From positions 58,228 to 122,227 of the forward strand of contig JAHFRU010000002.1 of the NCBI GenBank assembly GCA_023266115.1: 64,000 bases of DNA, written 5' to 3'. Position 1 is the stretch's first letter. Each line of letters starts with the position of its first letter. A model generated the notes under the pieces. That model worked only from the letters and a program-made list of their open reading frames with translations, was not told where the DNA came from and ran no database searches. Origin of the DNA: Gammaproteobacteria bacterium (GTDB lineage Bacteria > Pseudomonadota > Gammaproteobacteria > VBWC01). The position numbers were made by a program, and so were the translations under genes. Below are positions 41,037 through 50,123 of this stretch, one piece after another.

Positions 41037-42077
41037 ATGAAGTCTTGCAGGAGTGTTATTGCAGTAGCTGTCACCGCGTTGCTCGCGGCACCGGTGATCG
41101 CCCAGGCCGAGGCCGAAGTTTACGGCAACGTGCGCGTATCCGCCGGCATAGTCAGCGATGACAACCCGGGCGCGGCCGCCGAGGACAGCAAGTTCAGCGT
41201 GACCAGTCACGCGTCACGGCTGGGGTTCAAGGGCTCTGACGATCTTGGCGATGGCCTGAGCGCGATCTGGCAGATCGAGAGCCAGGTCGACTTCGACGAC
41301 AGTAGCGGCGGTTTGTTTGACGGCATGCGCAATACCTTCGTCGGTCTGAAGGGCGACTTCGGTAAAGTGATCGCCGGTCGGCATGATACGCCTTACAAAC
41401 TGGCTGCCAAGGACGCCGATATCTTTGTCGATTCACACGCCGACTATACGGGCGCCGTGCTGTCCAAGACACATGACACACGGTTTGACAACCTGGTTGC
41501 CTATTTTTCCCCGACATGGTCCGGTTTGAATTTTATCGTTGGTGTGTCGGGCGACACGGCGAATGATGATCTTCCGGATGCTGCCAATACCGACAAGAAG
41601 GATGCCGCAAGCGGTGAGGTCACCTATGAAATCGGACCGGTTTCAGCGAGCATCGCTGCACAGAAAATCAGTAATGGTACCGGTAATCCTGACAAGAAGG
41701 CCGCCAAGGCAGGCGTCATCTACAGGCTGGATAATGTCACCCGCTTTGCGTTTGTCTATGAAAACGCCAAGGAAGGTGCGCCACTGGATCAGAACGCCCT
41801 CTACCTGAGTGCCGCGCATGACTTCGGCGGCATGACATTGAAGGGTGCGCTCGGGCAGAAGGGCGAGACGGCGAGCGGCGCGAACGACGGCAGCGATTTT
41901 GCGGCGCTGGGTCTGTACAAGACCATGTCCAAGACGACCGAGCTTTATGCGCTATACACACAGACCGCGAATGACACGGGAGGTACGAACGGGCTGGCCG
42001 AAGTGAGTCCAGGATTCGCCGACAAGACCACCAACGCGCTGGTGGTGGGGATCAACCTCAACTTCTCGTCGAAGTAG
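41037..42077 (+). CDS. General Gram-negative porin (Neisseria/betaproteobacterial porin-like)
   Basis: Signal peptide (AQA-E), VYG, SRLGFKGSDDLGDGLSAIWQIE, RNTFVGLKGDFG, GRHDTPYK; GGGGGA SD. Confidence 0.88.
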   Translation: MKSCRSVIAVAVTALLAAPVIAQAEAEVYGNVRVSAGIVSDDNPGAAAEDSKFSVTSHASRLGFKGSDDLGDGLSAIWQIESQVDFDDSSGGLFDGMRNTFVGLKGDFGKVIAGRHDTPYKLAAKDADIFVDSHADYTGAVLSKTHDTRFDNLVAYFSPTWSGLNFIVGVSGDTANDDLPDAANTDKKDAASGEVTYEIGPVSASIAAQKISNGTGNPDKKAAKAGVIYRLDNVTRFAFVYENAKEGAPLDQNALYLSAAHDFGGMTLKGALGQKGETASGANDGSDFAALGLYKTMSKTTELYALYTQTANDTGGTNGLAEVSPGFADKTTNALVVGINLNFSSK

Positions 42078-42114
42078 CCCCGGCGGAATCCGGGGTCCGG
42101 CAGGGCAACACGGA

Positions 42115-42136
42115 AACGGGGCCGAAAGGCCCCGTT
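42115..42136 (+). terminator. Stable stem-loop after the porin (weak terminator or mRNA stabiliser)
   Basis: AACGGGGCC-GAAA-GGCCCCGTT with only a short U tract; second hairpin CCCCGG..CCGGGG at 42078-42095. Confidence 0.6.
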
Positions 42137-42165
42137 CATCGGTTGTTAGGTATGCCCAGGGCGGG

Positions 42166-42199
42166 GTGTCATCGTATTGTAATAATCGACCCCTATCCT
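42166..42199 (+). promoter_or_regulatory. Internal Pho-box promoter upstream of pstC
   Basis: GTGTCAT-CGTA-TTGTAAT, 10 bp, TATCCT. Confidence 0.75.
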
Positions 42200-42206
42200 G
42201 CGCGCC

Positions 42207-44489
42207 ATGCCGAACCGCCCCGCAAGCGCCCGTCCCGTGTCTGCCCCAGGTCGGCGTAAGGGCGCGGCGCTATGGCGCTGGCGCAATGCCAAGGACGTCT
42301 CGGCGCGCCACGCGATGCGGTTGGGCGGCATCAGTGTCATCGTCGCGATACTGCTGATCTTTTTCTATCTGCTCTATGTGGTGTTTCCGCTGTTCGTGCC
42401 CGCAAGCATCAAGCGGGCGGGCGGGTATGCGGTTCCGGCGTCGGGCGCCGGCCGTACAGTGCACCTCGCCATCGAGGAACAGTCGCGCATTGCCGTGCGT
42501 ATTACGGATAGTGGCCGTGCGGTTTTTTTTGACGCGAGCAACGGGAACGTGATCAGCGATGTCGCGTTGCCGGTGCCCGGCGGCGTCAGGATAACCAGTT
42601 TTGCCGCCGGCGACCCGGCGGGACGACTCTTTGCGTTCGGTCTCAGTGACGGCACGGCGCTCGTTGCCCGGCACGACTATCGCACGGTTTATGCGGATAC
42701 CGGCTCGACGATACTCCCCAACATCGATTATCCGCTCGGTGATAAACCGGTCGTCGTTGATGACCGCCGCAGGGCATTGGTGCAACTGGCGATAGAGGAG
42801 TCGGGCGACGAAACGACAATCGCCGCTGCCACCGGCGACAACGACGTCTTATTGAACCACGTTAGCCGGGAGAAATCGTTCCTGGACGAGGATGAGGCGA
42901 CGATCAAGCGTACCCGCGCGAGCGTTTCTGTCGAGCAAATGAAGATCCGGGCACTGCTGCTTACCGAAGAACAGAATACGCTGTACGTCGTTGGCGAGAA
43001 GGGCGGGGTCGCGTATTTCGATATTCGGGACAAGCAGCTACCGCAACTGTTGCAACGGATTAACGTTACGGAGGAATCGGCCCGGACCACGTCGGTCAGC
43101 ATGCTCGCGGGAGGCATCTCGTTGTTGATCGGCGATTCATCGGGCAGATTGACCCAATGGTTTCCGGTGCGTGACGAACGTAACAGCCGTGCGCTGACAT
43201 TTATTCGCGAATTCCATGATCAACGCTCGCTGATCAGTGCGATCGCGGCGGAGCACGGGCGCAAGGGATTCATCGCCGCCGACCAGTCCGGGCGCATCGG
43301 TCTTTATCACGCCACGGCACATCGTACGCTGTTGGTGGAAAAGATCGGCGAGCAGGCGATCGAAACGCTGGCCATGGCGCCGCGCGGGAATGCCTTGTTG
43401 GCGGAGGATCAGGCAGGGCAGATATTGTTCTGGCGCATACACAACGAGCATCCCGAGGCTTCGTGGTCTGCGTTATGGCAGAAAGTCTGGTACGAGAGTT
43501 ATGACAAGCCGGATTATATCTGGCAGTCGTCGTCCGCCAGCAATGACTTCGAGCCGAAGTTCAGCCTGACGCCATTGACGTTTGGCACGATCAAGGCGGC
43601 CTTCTACGCGATGATATTCGCGATCCCGCTTGCGCTGCTCGGTGCGATCTATACAGCCTACTTCATGGCGCCGAGAATGCGGCAGTACGTCAAGCCCGGC
43701 ATCGAGATCATGGAAGCCTTGCCGACGGTGATTCTGGGTTTTCTGGCGGGATTGTGGCTGGCGCCGTTTATCGAAGCGCATTTGCCGGGGTTTTTTCTGG
43801 CACTGATCGCGTTGCCGACCGGCGTACTGGTGTTCGCGTATTGCTGGGGCCGTTTGCCGCCGGGAATCGCGAGCTGGATACCGGACGGATGGCACGCCGC
43901 CGGGCTGATACCGGTGCTGTGCGCCGTTGCCTGGCTGTCGTTCTTCAGCGGCGGGCCGGTAATCGAACAGGCGTTGTTCGGCGGCGACCTGCACGGCTGG
44001 TTGACCGCGCGCGGCATCGGCTTCGATCAGCGCAACTCCCTCGTTGTCGGTCTGGCCATGGGCTTTGCGGTGGTCCCGATGATGTTCTCGATCGCTGAGG
44101 ATGCCGTATTCAGCGTTCCCGGGCATCTGACGCGTGGCTCACTGGCCCTCGGGGCGACGCCGTGGCAGACGCTGGTGCGGGTCGTTCTGTTGACGGCCAG
44201 CCCGGGAATTTTCTCGGCGATCATGATCGGGCTCGGCCGGGCGGTAGGCGAGACAATGATCGTATTGATGGCTACCGGTAATACGCCGGTCATGGATATG
44301 TCTTTCTTTGCCGGCATGCGCACCTTGTCGGCCAATATCGCGGTTGAGATGCCCGAGGCGGAGGTCAGCAGCACGCATTACCGGATCCTGTTTCTGGCGG
44401 CCCTGGTGCTGTTTATGTTTACGTTTCTTGTCAATACGCTGGCGGAAATCGTTCGTCAGCGCTTGCGCAAGAAGTACAGCAGTCTTTAG
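42207..44489 (+). CDS. pstC: Phosphate ABC permease PstC with a large N-terminal extracytoplasmic domain
   Basis: KPGIEIMEALPTV, GSLALGATPWQT, GRAVGETMIV; Pseudomonas-type long form. Confidence 0.92.
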   Translation: MPNRPASARPVSAPGRRKGAALWRWRNAKDVSARHAMRLGGISVIVAILLIFFYLLYVVFPLFVPASIKRAGGYAVPASGAGRTVHLAIEEQSRIAVRITDSGRAVFFDASNGNVISDVALPVPGGVRITSFAAGDPAGRLFAFGLSDGTALVARHDYRTVYADTGSTILPNIDYPLGDKPVVVDDRRRALVQLAIEESGDETTIAAATGDNDVLLNHVSREKSFLDEDEATIKRTRASVSVEQMKIRALLLTEEQNTLYVVGEKGGVAYFDIRDKQLPQLLQRINVTEESARTTSVSMLAGGISLLIGDSSGRLTQWFPVRDERNSRALTFIREFHDQRSLISAIAAEHGRKGFIAADQSGRIGLYHATAHRTLLVEKIGEQAIETLAMAPRGNALLAEDQAGQILFWRIHNEHPEASWSALWQKVWYESYDKPDYIWQSSSASNDFEPKFSLTPLTFGTIKAAFYAMIFAIPLALLGAIYTAYFMAPRMRQYVKPGIEIMEALPTVILGFLAGLWLAPFIEAHLPGFFLALIALPTGVLVFAYCWGRLPPGIASWIPDGWHAAGLIPVLCAVAWLSFFSGGPVIEQALFGGDLHGWLTARGIGFDQRNSLVVGLAMGFAVVPMMFSIAEDAVFSVPGHLTRGSLALGATPWQTLVRVVLLTASPGIFSAIMIGLGRAVGETMIVLMATGNTPVMDMSFFAGMRTLSANIAVEMPEAEVSSTHYRILFLAALVLFMFTFLVNTLAEIVRQRLRKKYSSL

Positions 44490-44499
44490 GAGCATCACG

Positions 44500-46152
44500 A
44501 TGCGTCAGTGGTTTCGTAGCGGTACTCCATGGATATGGCTGACGGCGGCGGCGGTCAGCGCGAGCCTGATCATGGTCATCGGCCTGGTGTCGCTGATTGC
44601 GATTCGCGGTCTCGGCTACTTCTGGCCGAATGAAGTGCTGGATATCCAGTATCGCAATGCGGACCGCCACACTGTCCGCATCATTGGTGAACGGTATGAC
44701 GATGAGCGGGTTTCCGCCAGCCGTCTTCGTGAGTCCGGTGTTGATCTGACGACGAATGCCGACCAGATTGGACGCTACCTGATCAAGACCGGCAACCGGG
44801 ATGTCGGCGGGCTGGATTTTCGCTGGCTGATCGAGCCGGACATCGCCACGATTGAGCGGCCGGGCGATGTCGCGGTGATCGAACGGAGAGAGTGGGGGAA
44901 TCTGTACGGTTTTTTGATAGCGCTCAAGCAGGGTGGTCAGGTGGTGGCGGAAGGCGACCAGGCGTGGCCGGCGCTGGCGCAGCGTCTCGATCGTGCCCGT
45001 GATCTGTTCGCACAAATACGCGCGGTCCAGAAAGATGCAATGGGCGAGGTCAATTACGGTCTGGAGAAGCTCCGGTTGCGGGAGCGGTTGCAGGAAATCC
45101 GCGGCGAAAACGACCCGGAGCGACGACTCGAAATCGTCGCGCAACGCCAGGAGTTAGAGGCACGCTACGCGGACCTTGAACAGCGACTGGTTGGGCTGTC
45201 TGAGGCCATCGCCCGCGACAGTATCGTCGTACAGACCGCGGACGGCGCAATCGTCGAAGTGCCGCTGGCAAAGACCGTCAGGATTTTCCGGCCGAACAGT
45301 ATGGGGCTGACCGGAAAAATCGCTCACTACCTGGAGAAGCTCTCGGAGTTTGTCAGTGACGACCCGCGCGAGGCGAATACCGAGGGCGGCATCTTTCCGG
45401 CTATTTTTGGCACGGTATTGATGGTCATCATCATGTCGGTGATTGTGACGCCTTTCGGCGTGATAGCCGCCGTGTACTTGAGGGAGTATGCCCGGCAGGG
45501 TGTGGTGACCCGTCTGGTTCGCATCGCTGTCAACAATCTTGCCGGCGTACCAGCGATTGTTTACGGCGTATTCGGTCTGGGTTTTTTCGTCTATTTCGTC
45601 GGTGGTGGCATCGACCAGTGGATGTTTCCCGAGTCATTGCCGGCACCGACGTTCGGTACGCCGGGCATACTGTGGGCGTCGTTGACACTGGCAATCCTGA
45701 CGCTGCCAGTGGTCATTGTCGCCACCGAGGAAGGCTTGGCGCGTATCCCGCGTTCGATAAGAGAGGGTAGCCTCGCGCTCGGTGCAACCAAGGCCGAGAC
45801 GTTGTGGCGTACGGTGCTGCCGATGGCGAGTCCGGCGATGATGACCGGTCTGATACTCGCGGTTGCCCGCGCCGCAGGCGAGGTCGCGCCGTTGATGCTG
45901 GTCGGCGTTGTCAAACTGGCGCCGTCAATGCCGCTTGACGGAGACTTTCCGTTTCTGCATCTCGATCGAAAGTTCATGCATCTCGGGTTTCATATCTATG
46001 ATGTCGGATTTCAAAGTCCGAATGTGGAAGCGGCCCGGCCGCTGGTATATGCCACCGCGCTGTTGCTGGTATTGGTGATTCTGGTACTCAATCTGGCGGC
46101 AATCGCGATACGAAACCGTCTGCGCGAAAAATACCGCTCCCTCGAAAGCTAG
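44500..46152 (+). CDS. pstA: Phosphate ABC permease PstA (long form)
   Basis: PREANTEGGIFPAIFGT, NLAGVPAIVYG, ARAAGEVAPL; AGGAG SD. Confidence 0.94.
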   Translation: MRQWFRSGTPWIWLTAAAVSASLIMVIGLVSLIAIRGLGYFWPNEVLDIQYRNADRHTVRIIGERYDDERVSASRLRESGVDLTTNADQIGRYLIKTGNRDVGGLDFRWLIEPDIATIERPGDVAVIERREWGNLYGFLIALKQGGQVVAEGDQAWPALAQRLDRARDLFAQIRAVQKDAMGEVNYGLEKLRLRERLQEIRGENDPERRLEIVAQRQELEARYADLEQRLVGLSEAIARDSIVVQTADGAIVEVPLAKTVRIFRPNSMGLTGKIAHYLEKLSEFVSDDPREANTEGGIFPAIFGTVLMVIIMSVIVTPFGVIAAVYLREYARQGVVTRLVRIAVNNLAGVPAIVYGVFGLGFFVYFVGGGIDQWMFPESLPAPTFGTPGILWASLTLAILTLPVVIVATEEGLARIPRSIREGSLALGATKAETLWRTVLPMASPAMMTGLILAVARAAGEVAPLMLVGVVKLAPSMPLDGDFPFLHLDRKFMHLGFHIYDVGFQSPNVEAARPLVYATALLLVLVILVLNLAAIAIRNRLREKYRSLES

Positions 46153-46164
46153 GAAACTCCCACT

Positions 46165-47022
46165 ATGCAGGATACTAACAACTTAAAAAATACGCCCCGA
46201 CCGTTGACGCACGGTATCGATATCTCGGCCCTGGATTGTCACGACCGCATCGTGACACGTGGAGCCGAAGAGTCATGTATCCAGACGGAAACGCTTAATT
46301 TTTACTACGGCGCGAAGCAGGCGCTGAAGGATATCAACATTACGCTGCCGAAATATCGCGTCTCGGCCTTTATTGGCCCCAGCGGTTGTGGTAAATCAAC
46401 GCTGCTGCGCTGTTTCAATCGAATGAACGATCTGATTGATGACGTCCGTATAGACGGAACCATCTTGCTGGACGGGACCGATATCCTGGCGCGGGACGTC
46501 AATGTCGCTGAGCTGCGGAGGCGAGTGGGCATGGTATTCCAGAAGCCCAACCCGTTTCCCAAGTCAATTTATGAGAATGTTGCGTATGGTTTACGCATTA
46601 ACGGCGTCAATAAACGACGCTATCTGGATGAGGTGGTCGAAAAGGCCCTGCGTGATGCTGCATTATGGGATGAGGTGAAAGACCGGTTGAACGAAAGCGC
46701 GCTGTCTTTATCCGGCGGTCAGCAGCAACGGCTCGTCATCGCGCGGGCCATTGCGGTGGAGCCGGAAGTGCTGCTGCTCGATGAGCCGGCATCCGCGCTC
46801 GATCCGATTTCGACATTAAAGATTGAGGAGCTGGTTTATGAACTTAAATCGCGCTATACGATCGTTATAGTGACGCACAATATGCAACAGGCGGCGCGGG
46901 TATCCGATTACACGGCGTTCATGTATATGGGCGAGATGATCGAGTTCGACAGTGCTGTCACCCTGTTCACGAACCCGCGTGACAGAAGGACCGAGGATTA
47001 TATTACCGGCCGTTACGGGTAG
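46165..47022 (+). CDS. pstB: Phosphate ABC transporter ATPase
   Basis: [40 protein letters not shown]. Confidence 0.97.
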   Translation: MQDTNNLKNTPRPLTHGIDISALDCHDRIVTRGAEESCIQTETLNFYYGAKQALKDINITLPKYRVSAFIGPSGCGKSTLLRCFNRMNDLIDDVRIDGTILLDGTDILARDVNVAELRRRVGMVFQKPNPFPKSIYENVAYGLRINGVNKRRYLDEVVEKALRDAALWDEVKDRLNESALSLSGGQQQRLVIARAIAVEPEVLLLDEPASALDPISTLKIEELVYELKSRYTIVIVTHNMQQAARVSDYTAFMYMGEMIEFDSAVTLFTNPRDRRTEDYITGRYG

Positions 47023-47093
47023 TCTTGGGCCTGACTGGATGCCGCGCCATGACGCGGCGCTGACCGATTGTTGGAGAATTGAAGGAGAAAACT

Positions 47094-47819
47094 ATGCCAC
47101 GTGCGGGATCGGGTGATCATATTTCCCATCGATACGATGAGGAACTGGAAGATATACGAAACCACGTGCTCAAGATGGGCGGGTTGGTCGAGCAACAGCT
47201 GGCCGATGCGATTATGGCTTCGGTGGAAGGCGATATAACGCTGGCGGAAAAAGTCGTGACCAGCGATTACAAGGTCAATGCGATGGAAGTCGCCATCGAC
47301 GAAGAGTGCACGCGCATCATTGCCCGTCGCCAGCCGGCAGCCAGCGATTTGCGCCTGATCATCGCCATCATCAAAACCATCACCGACCTGGAACGTATTG
47401 GCGATGAGGCCGAGCGGGTGGGGCGCATGGTTGTTCAGCTGACACAGAATGAACGGACGAGCAAGGGCCAGGTCGAGATTCAGCACCTGGGTACCCACGT
47501 CCGGCAGATGTTACACGACGCACTGGACGCGTTCGCGCGTATGGATGCCGAGGCGGCGGTGCGTGTTGCACAGGAGGATATCAAGGTCGATCAGGAGTAC
47601 GAGGGGATAATGCGACAGCTGATCATGTTCATGATGGAGGACCCGCGATCGATACCGTGGGTACTCGAAGTTATCTGGTCCGCCCGGGCATTGGAGAGAA
47701 TTGGCGACCGGGCATGCAATATCTGCGAATACGTCGTCTATCTGGCCAAGGGCAAGGACGTGCGGCATACCAGCCTGGAGCAGATGGAGAAGGAGGCGCG
47801 GTCCGAAAAGAATCGCTAG
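47094..47819 (+). CDS. phoU: Phosphate signalling protein PhoU
   Basis: [30 protein letters not shown]; AAGGAG SD. Confidence 0.96.
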   Translation: MPRAGSGDHISHRYDEELEDIRNHVLKMGGLVEQQLADAIMASVEGDITLAEKVVTSDYKVNAMEVAIDEECTRIIARRQPAASDLRLIIAIIKTITDLERIGDEAERVGRMVVQLTQNERTSKGQVEIQHLGTHVRQMLHDALDAFARMDAEAAVRVAQEDIKVDQEYEGIMRQLIMFMMEDPRSIPWVLEVIWSARALERIGDRACNICEYVVYLAKGKDVRHTSLEQMEKEARSEKNR

Positions 47820-47875
47820 GCGCCCGATTCAGGGCCCTCAGTGCGTGGCCCGGGAATAGCGGGCCTGTATTGTGC

Positions 47876-47913
47876 AGAAAGCCCGGTTACGGCGATACGT
47901 AACCGGGCTTTCT
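47876..47913. terminator. Bidirectional terminator between convergent phoU and mscL
   Basis: Perfect 16-bp stem AGAAAGCCCGGTTACG / CGTAACCGGGCTTTCT with a 6-nt loop. Confidence 0.85.
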
Positions 47914-47941
47914 TGCGTCAGCGTTTCAGTTTATTAAAGTG

Positions 47942-48388
47942 TCAGAGCTGCGACGTGCAGTTCGGGCAGCGTTTCGCCTTGATGGGGATCTTCGTCATGC
48001 AGAACTGACATTCTTTCTCGGTCGGTACCGCCGGTGGCGCTTCTTCCGCTGTCTTGAGTTTGTTTAATCCACGAATCAGCATAAACACAGCAAATGCGAC
48101 GATCAGGAAACTGATGACGCTGTTGAAAAACTTGCCATAGGCGACAGTAACCGCGCCCGCGGCTTTCGCTACATCAAGTGTGGCATAGGGAGCGGCGGTG
48201 GCGCCTTCCTTTACAATTAGGAAGAGATTGCTGAAATCGACGCCGCCGAGCAAAATACCGATCGGCGGCATAAGCACATCATCCACTAGTGATTTGACGA
48301 TCGCGCCGAAGGCCGCGCCGATAATGATACCGACCGCCATATCGACGACGTTGCCCCGCATTGCAAATTTCTTGAATTCGTTAAACAT
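47942..48388 (-). CDS. mscL: Large-conductance mechanosensitive channel with a C-terminal Cys4 zinc-ribbon-like tail
   Basis: [29 protein letters not shown]; tail CQFC..CPNC; CAGGAG SD before ATG 48388. Confidence 0.95.
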   Translation of the reverse strand: MFNEFKKFAMRGNVVDMAVGIIIGAAFGAIVKSLVDDVLMPPIGILLGGVDFSNLFLIVKEGATAAPYATLDVAKAAGAVTVAYGKFFNSVISFLIVAFAVFMLIRGLNKLKTAEEAPPAVPTEKECQFCMTKIPIKAKRCPNCTSQL

Positions 48389-48425
48389 GTCTTTCTCCTG
48401 GTTGTGCCGCGTTGGTTCGGTGGCT

Positions 48426-49721
48426 TTAATTTCCAATGATGCGAAGTTCGACTCGGCGATTTTCCGCTCGTCCTTCATCTGTGGCGTTGTTTGTTACCGG
48501 ATTAGCCGGACCATACCCCTTGGAGACTATTCTACTCGCGTCAACGCCCTGACTGACCAGGTATAGCCGTACGGCTTCGGCACGCTGCCGGGACAAACGC
48601 ACATTGTGTTGTGCGGAGCCGGTGTTATCGGTATGACCGGCGACCTCGATGCGCAGGTTCGGGTGTTTGCGCAGAATGTCGGCCATGTTGTCGAGCACCG
48701 CGTGCGAAGCTACCGCCAGCGCAACTGAGTTATTCCGGAACAAGACGCCCTTCAGGATGACACGCTGGGCAATAACAACACAACCGCGTTCATCGACTAC
48801 GTCACCTTTGCCGGTGTTGAGGCAGGCATCCCCGGCATCGACCACACCGTCGCCGTCACTGTCGGGCTCGCAGCCGGTAGTGTTGACTGCCACGCCGGCC
48901 GGAGTCCCCGGGCAGCGGTCCCTGCTGTCCACGACGCCATCGCCGTCACTGTCGGCTTCGCATCCATCCGCATGTACGGAAATTCCTTTCGAAGTTCCGG
49001 GGCATTTGTCATGCATGTCGTTAATGCCGTCGCCATCGCTGTCGGTGATCAGCGCGCAGCCGCTGGTATCTACATGCGTTGCCGGTGGTGTCGCCGGACA
49101 ACGATCGACGTTATCGGCGACACCGTCACCATCGGAGTCCTTTGACGTCGTGGAGATCGTGGCCGTCGATCCGGAATTTCCGAACGGGATCGCGAACCCT
49201 AGGTTCACTATCCAGTCAGAGTAACCACGTTCGCTGGCAACGCTCTTGTTGTCGTCGTTCCACCGGTTACGGACCTCGAAGCGCAGTGCCGTGCTGGCAT
49301 CGGTAAAATCTGTCATGATTCCCGCGCCGACACTTGCCATGACGCCGGTGCTGACGTTGCCGGCAACCCGGGTCCGCAGTCCACCTACGCCGACGAGGCC
49401 ATAGGGCGAAAAACGTGCGCCGCGCGTAAAGAAATACAAGCCATCGATTCCGACGCCGCGCTGCCGGTACTCCCCCGCGGTATTGGTCAGATCAAGACGG
49501 TCAGCCGATATGTTCAATTCAACGTTCCATGCACCGCTGATCACCTGCCCGATACCGAGCTGTACCGCTCCACCGTTGTCCGCCGCACGCTCGTCGTCGG
49601 CAACCACATAGCCGAGCATCGGGCTGAAGTAGCGCTGGCCGGGGCTGTCGCCGCTGGCAATTGCCAGAGAACTCAACGAAAATATCGCGGCTACCGCTGG
49701 AATTAGTGTTGTTTTTTTCAT
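48426..49721 (-). CDS. OmpA/OprF-family outer-membrane protein with thrombospondin type-3-like repeats
   Basis: MKKTT signal peptide, N-terminal beta-barrel, [18 protein letters not shown] and GRAENRRVE peptidoglycan-binding motifs. Confidence 0.92.
   Translation of the reverse strand: MKKTTLIPAVAAIFSLSSLAIASGDSPGQRYFSPMLGYVVADDERAADNGGAVQLGIGQVISGAWNVELNISADRLDLTNTAGEYRQRGVGIDGLYFFTRGARFSPYGLVGVGGLRTRVAGNVSTGVMASVGAGIMTDFTDASTALRFEVRNRWNDDNKSVASERGYSDWIVNLGFAIPFGNSGSTATISTTSKDSDGDGVADNVDRCPATPPATHVDTSGCALITDSDGDGINDMHDKCPGTSKGISVHADGCEADSDGDGVVDSRDRCPGTPAGVAVNTTGCEPDSDGDGVVDAGDACLNTGKGDVVDERGCVVIAQRVILKGVLFRNNSVALAVASHAVLDNMADILRKHPNLRIEVAGHTDNTGSAQHNVRLSRQRAEAVRLYLVSQGVDASRIVSKGYGPANPVTNNATDEGRAENRRVELRIIGN
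48780..49139 (-). repeat. Four intragenic DSDGDG[VI].D..D.C...GC repeats (about 30 aa each)
   Basis: Seen in the translation; DNA copies of GACAGTGACGGCGA-like units on the minus strand. Confidence 0.85.
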
Positions 49722-49915
49722 GGTGCCGTGAGCCCCGGTTTGGAAACTATGGTGAACAAATGCTTGGCGTATTGTAGCAACACGTGGTGGCGCCAATTGT
49801 TAAACAAGGTTACAGGCGCGCGGATACCCGGGGTCGGCTGCGCCGGTGCTTATAATGTGCGTGGTTGTTCCTTTGTGAAAAGGTGTGGCGATATCTTCTA
49901 CTGTAACGGGAAGAC

Positions 49916-50104
49916 ATGATTACGGATGGGGGGGCTCCGCCTGTTTTCGCCAGGGATGTCATGAACGATCGCCGGGCGGGCTGGAAGGTGATCAGCTTGA
50001 TATCGGCGGACGTAATGGAATTTGCGGCGAATGGCAAGAAGGTAAGCGAGGCCCTGGGCCCGGCAGACGTTCCATCCGTCGAAGCCATGGCTGACAATTC
50101 TTGA
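49916..50104 (+). CDS. Possible small hypothetical protein or gene remnant (62 aa)
   Basis: ATG preceded by GGGAAG, upstream TATAAT at 49852, ends 19 bp before the DUF853 ATG; no recognised motif. Confidence 0.25.
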   Translation: MITDGGAPPVFARDVMNDRRAGWKVISLISADVMEFAANGKKVSEALGPADVPSVEAMADNS

Positions 50105-50123
50105 ATTAAAGCGGGAGGTAGTG

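Noticed and set aside
48389-48478. N-terminal extension of MscL overlapping the ompA-family gene
   Set aside because: Clear SD before ATG 48388, and family similarity begins there
48780-49139. DNA repeats that could be mistaken for a CRISPR array
   Set aside because: In-frame degenerate coding repeats; no cas genes or unique spacers
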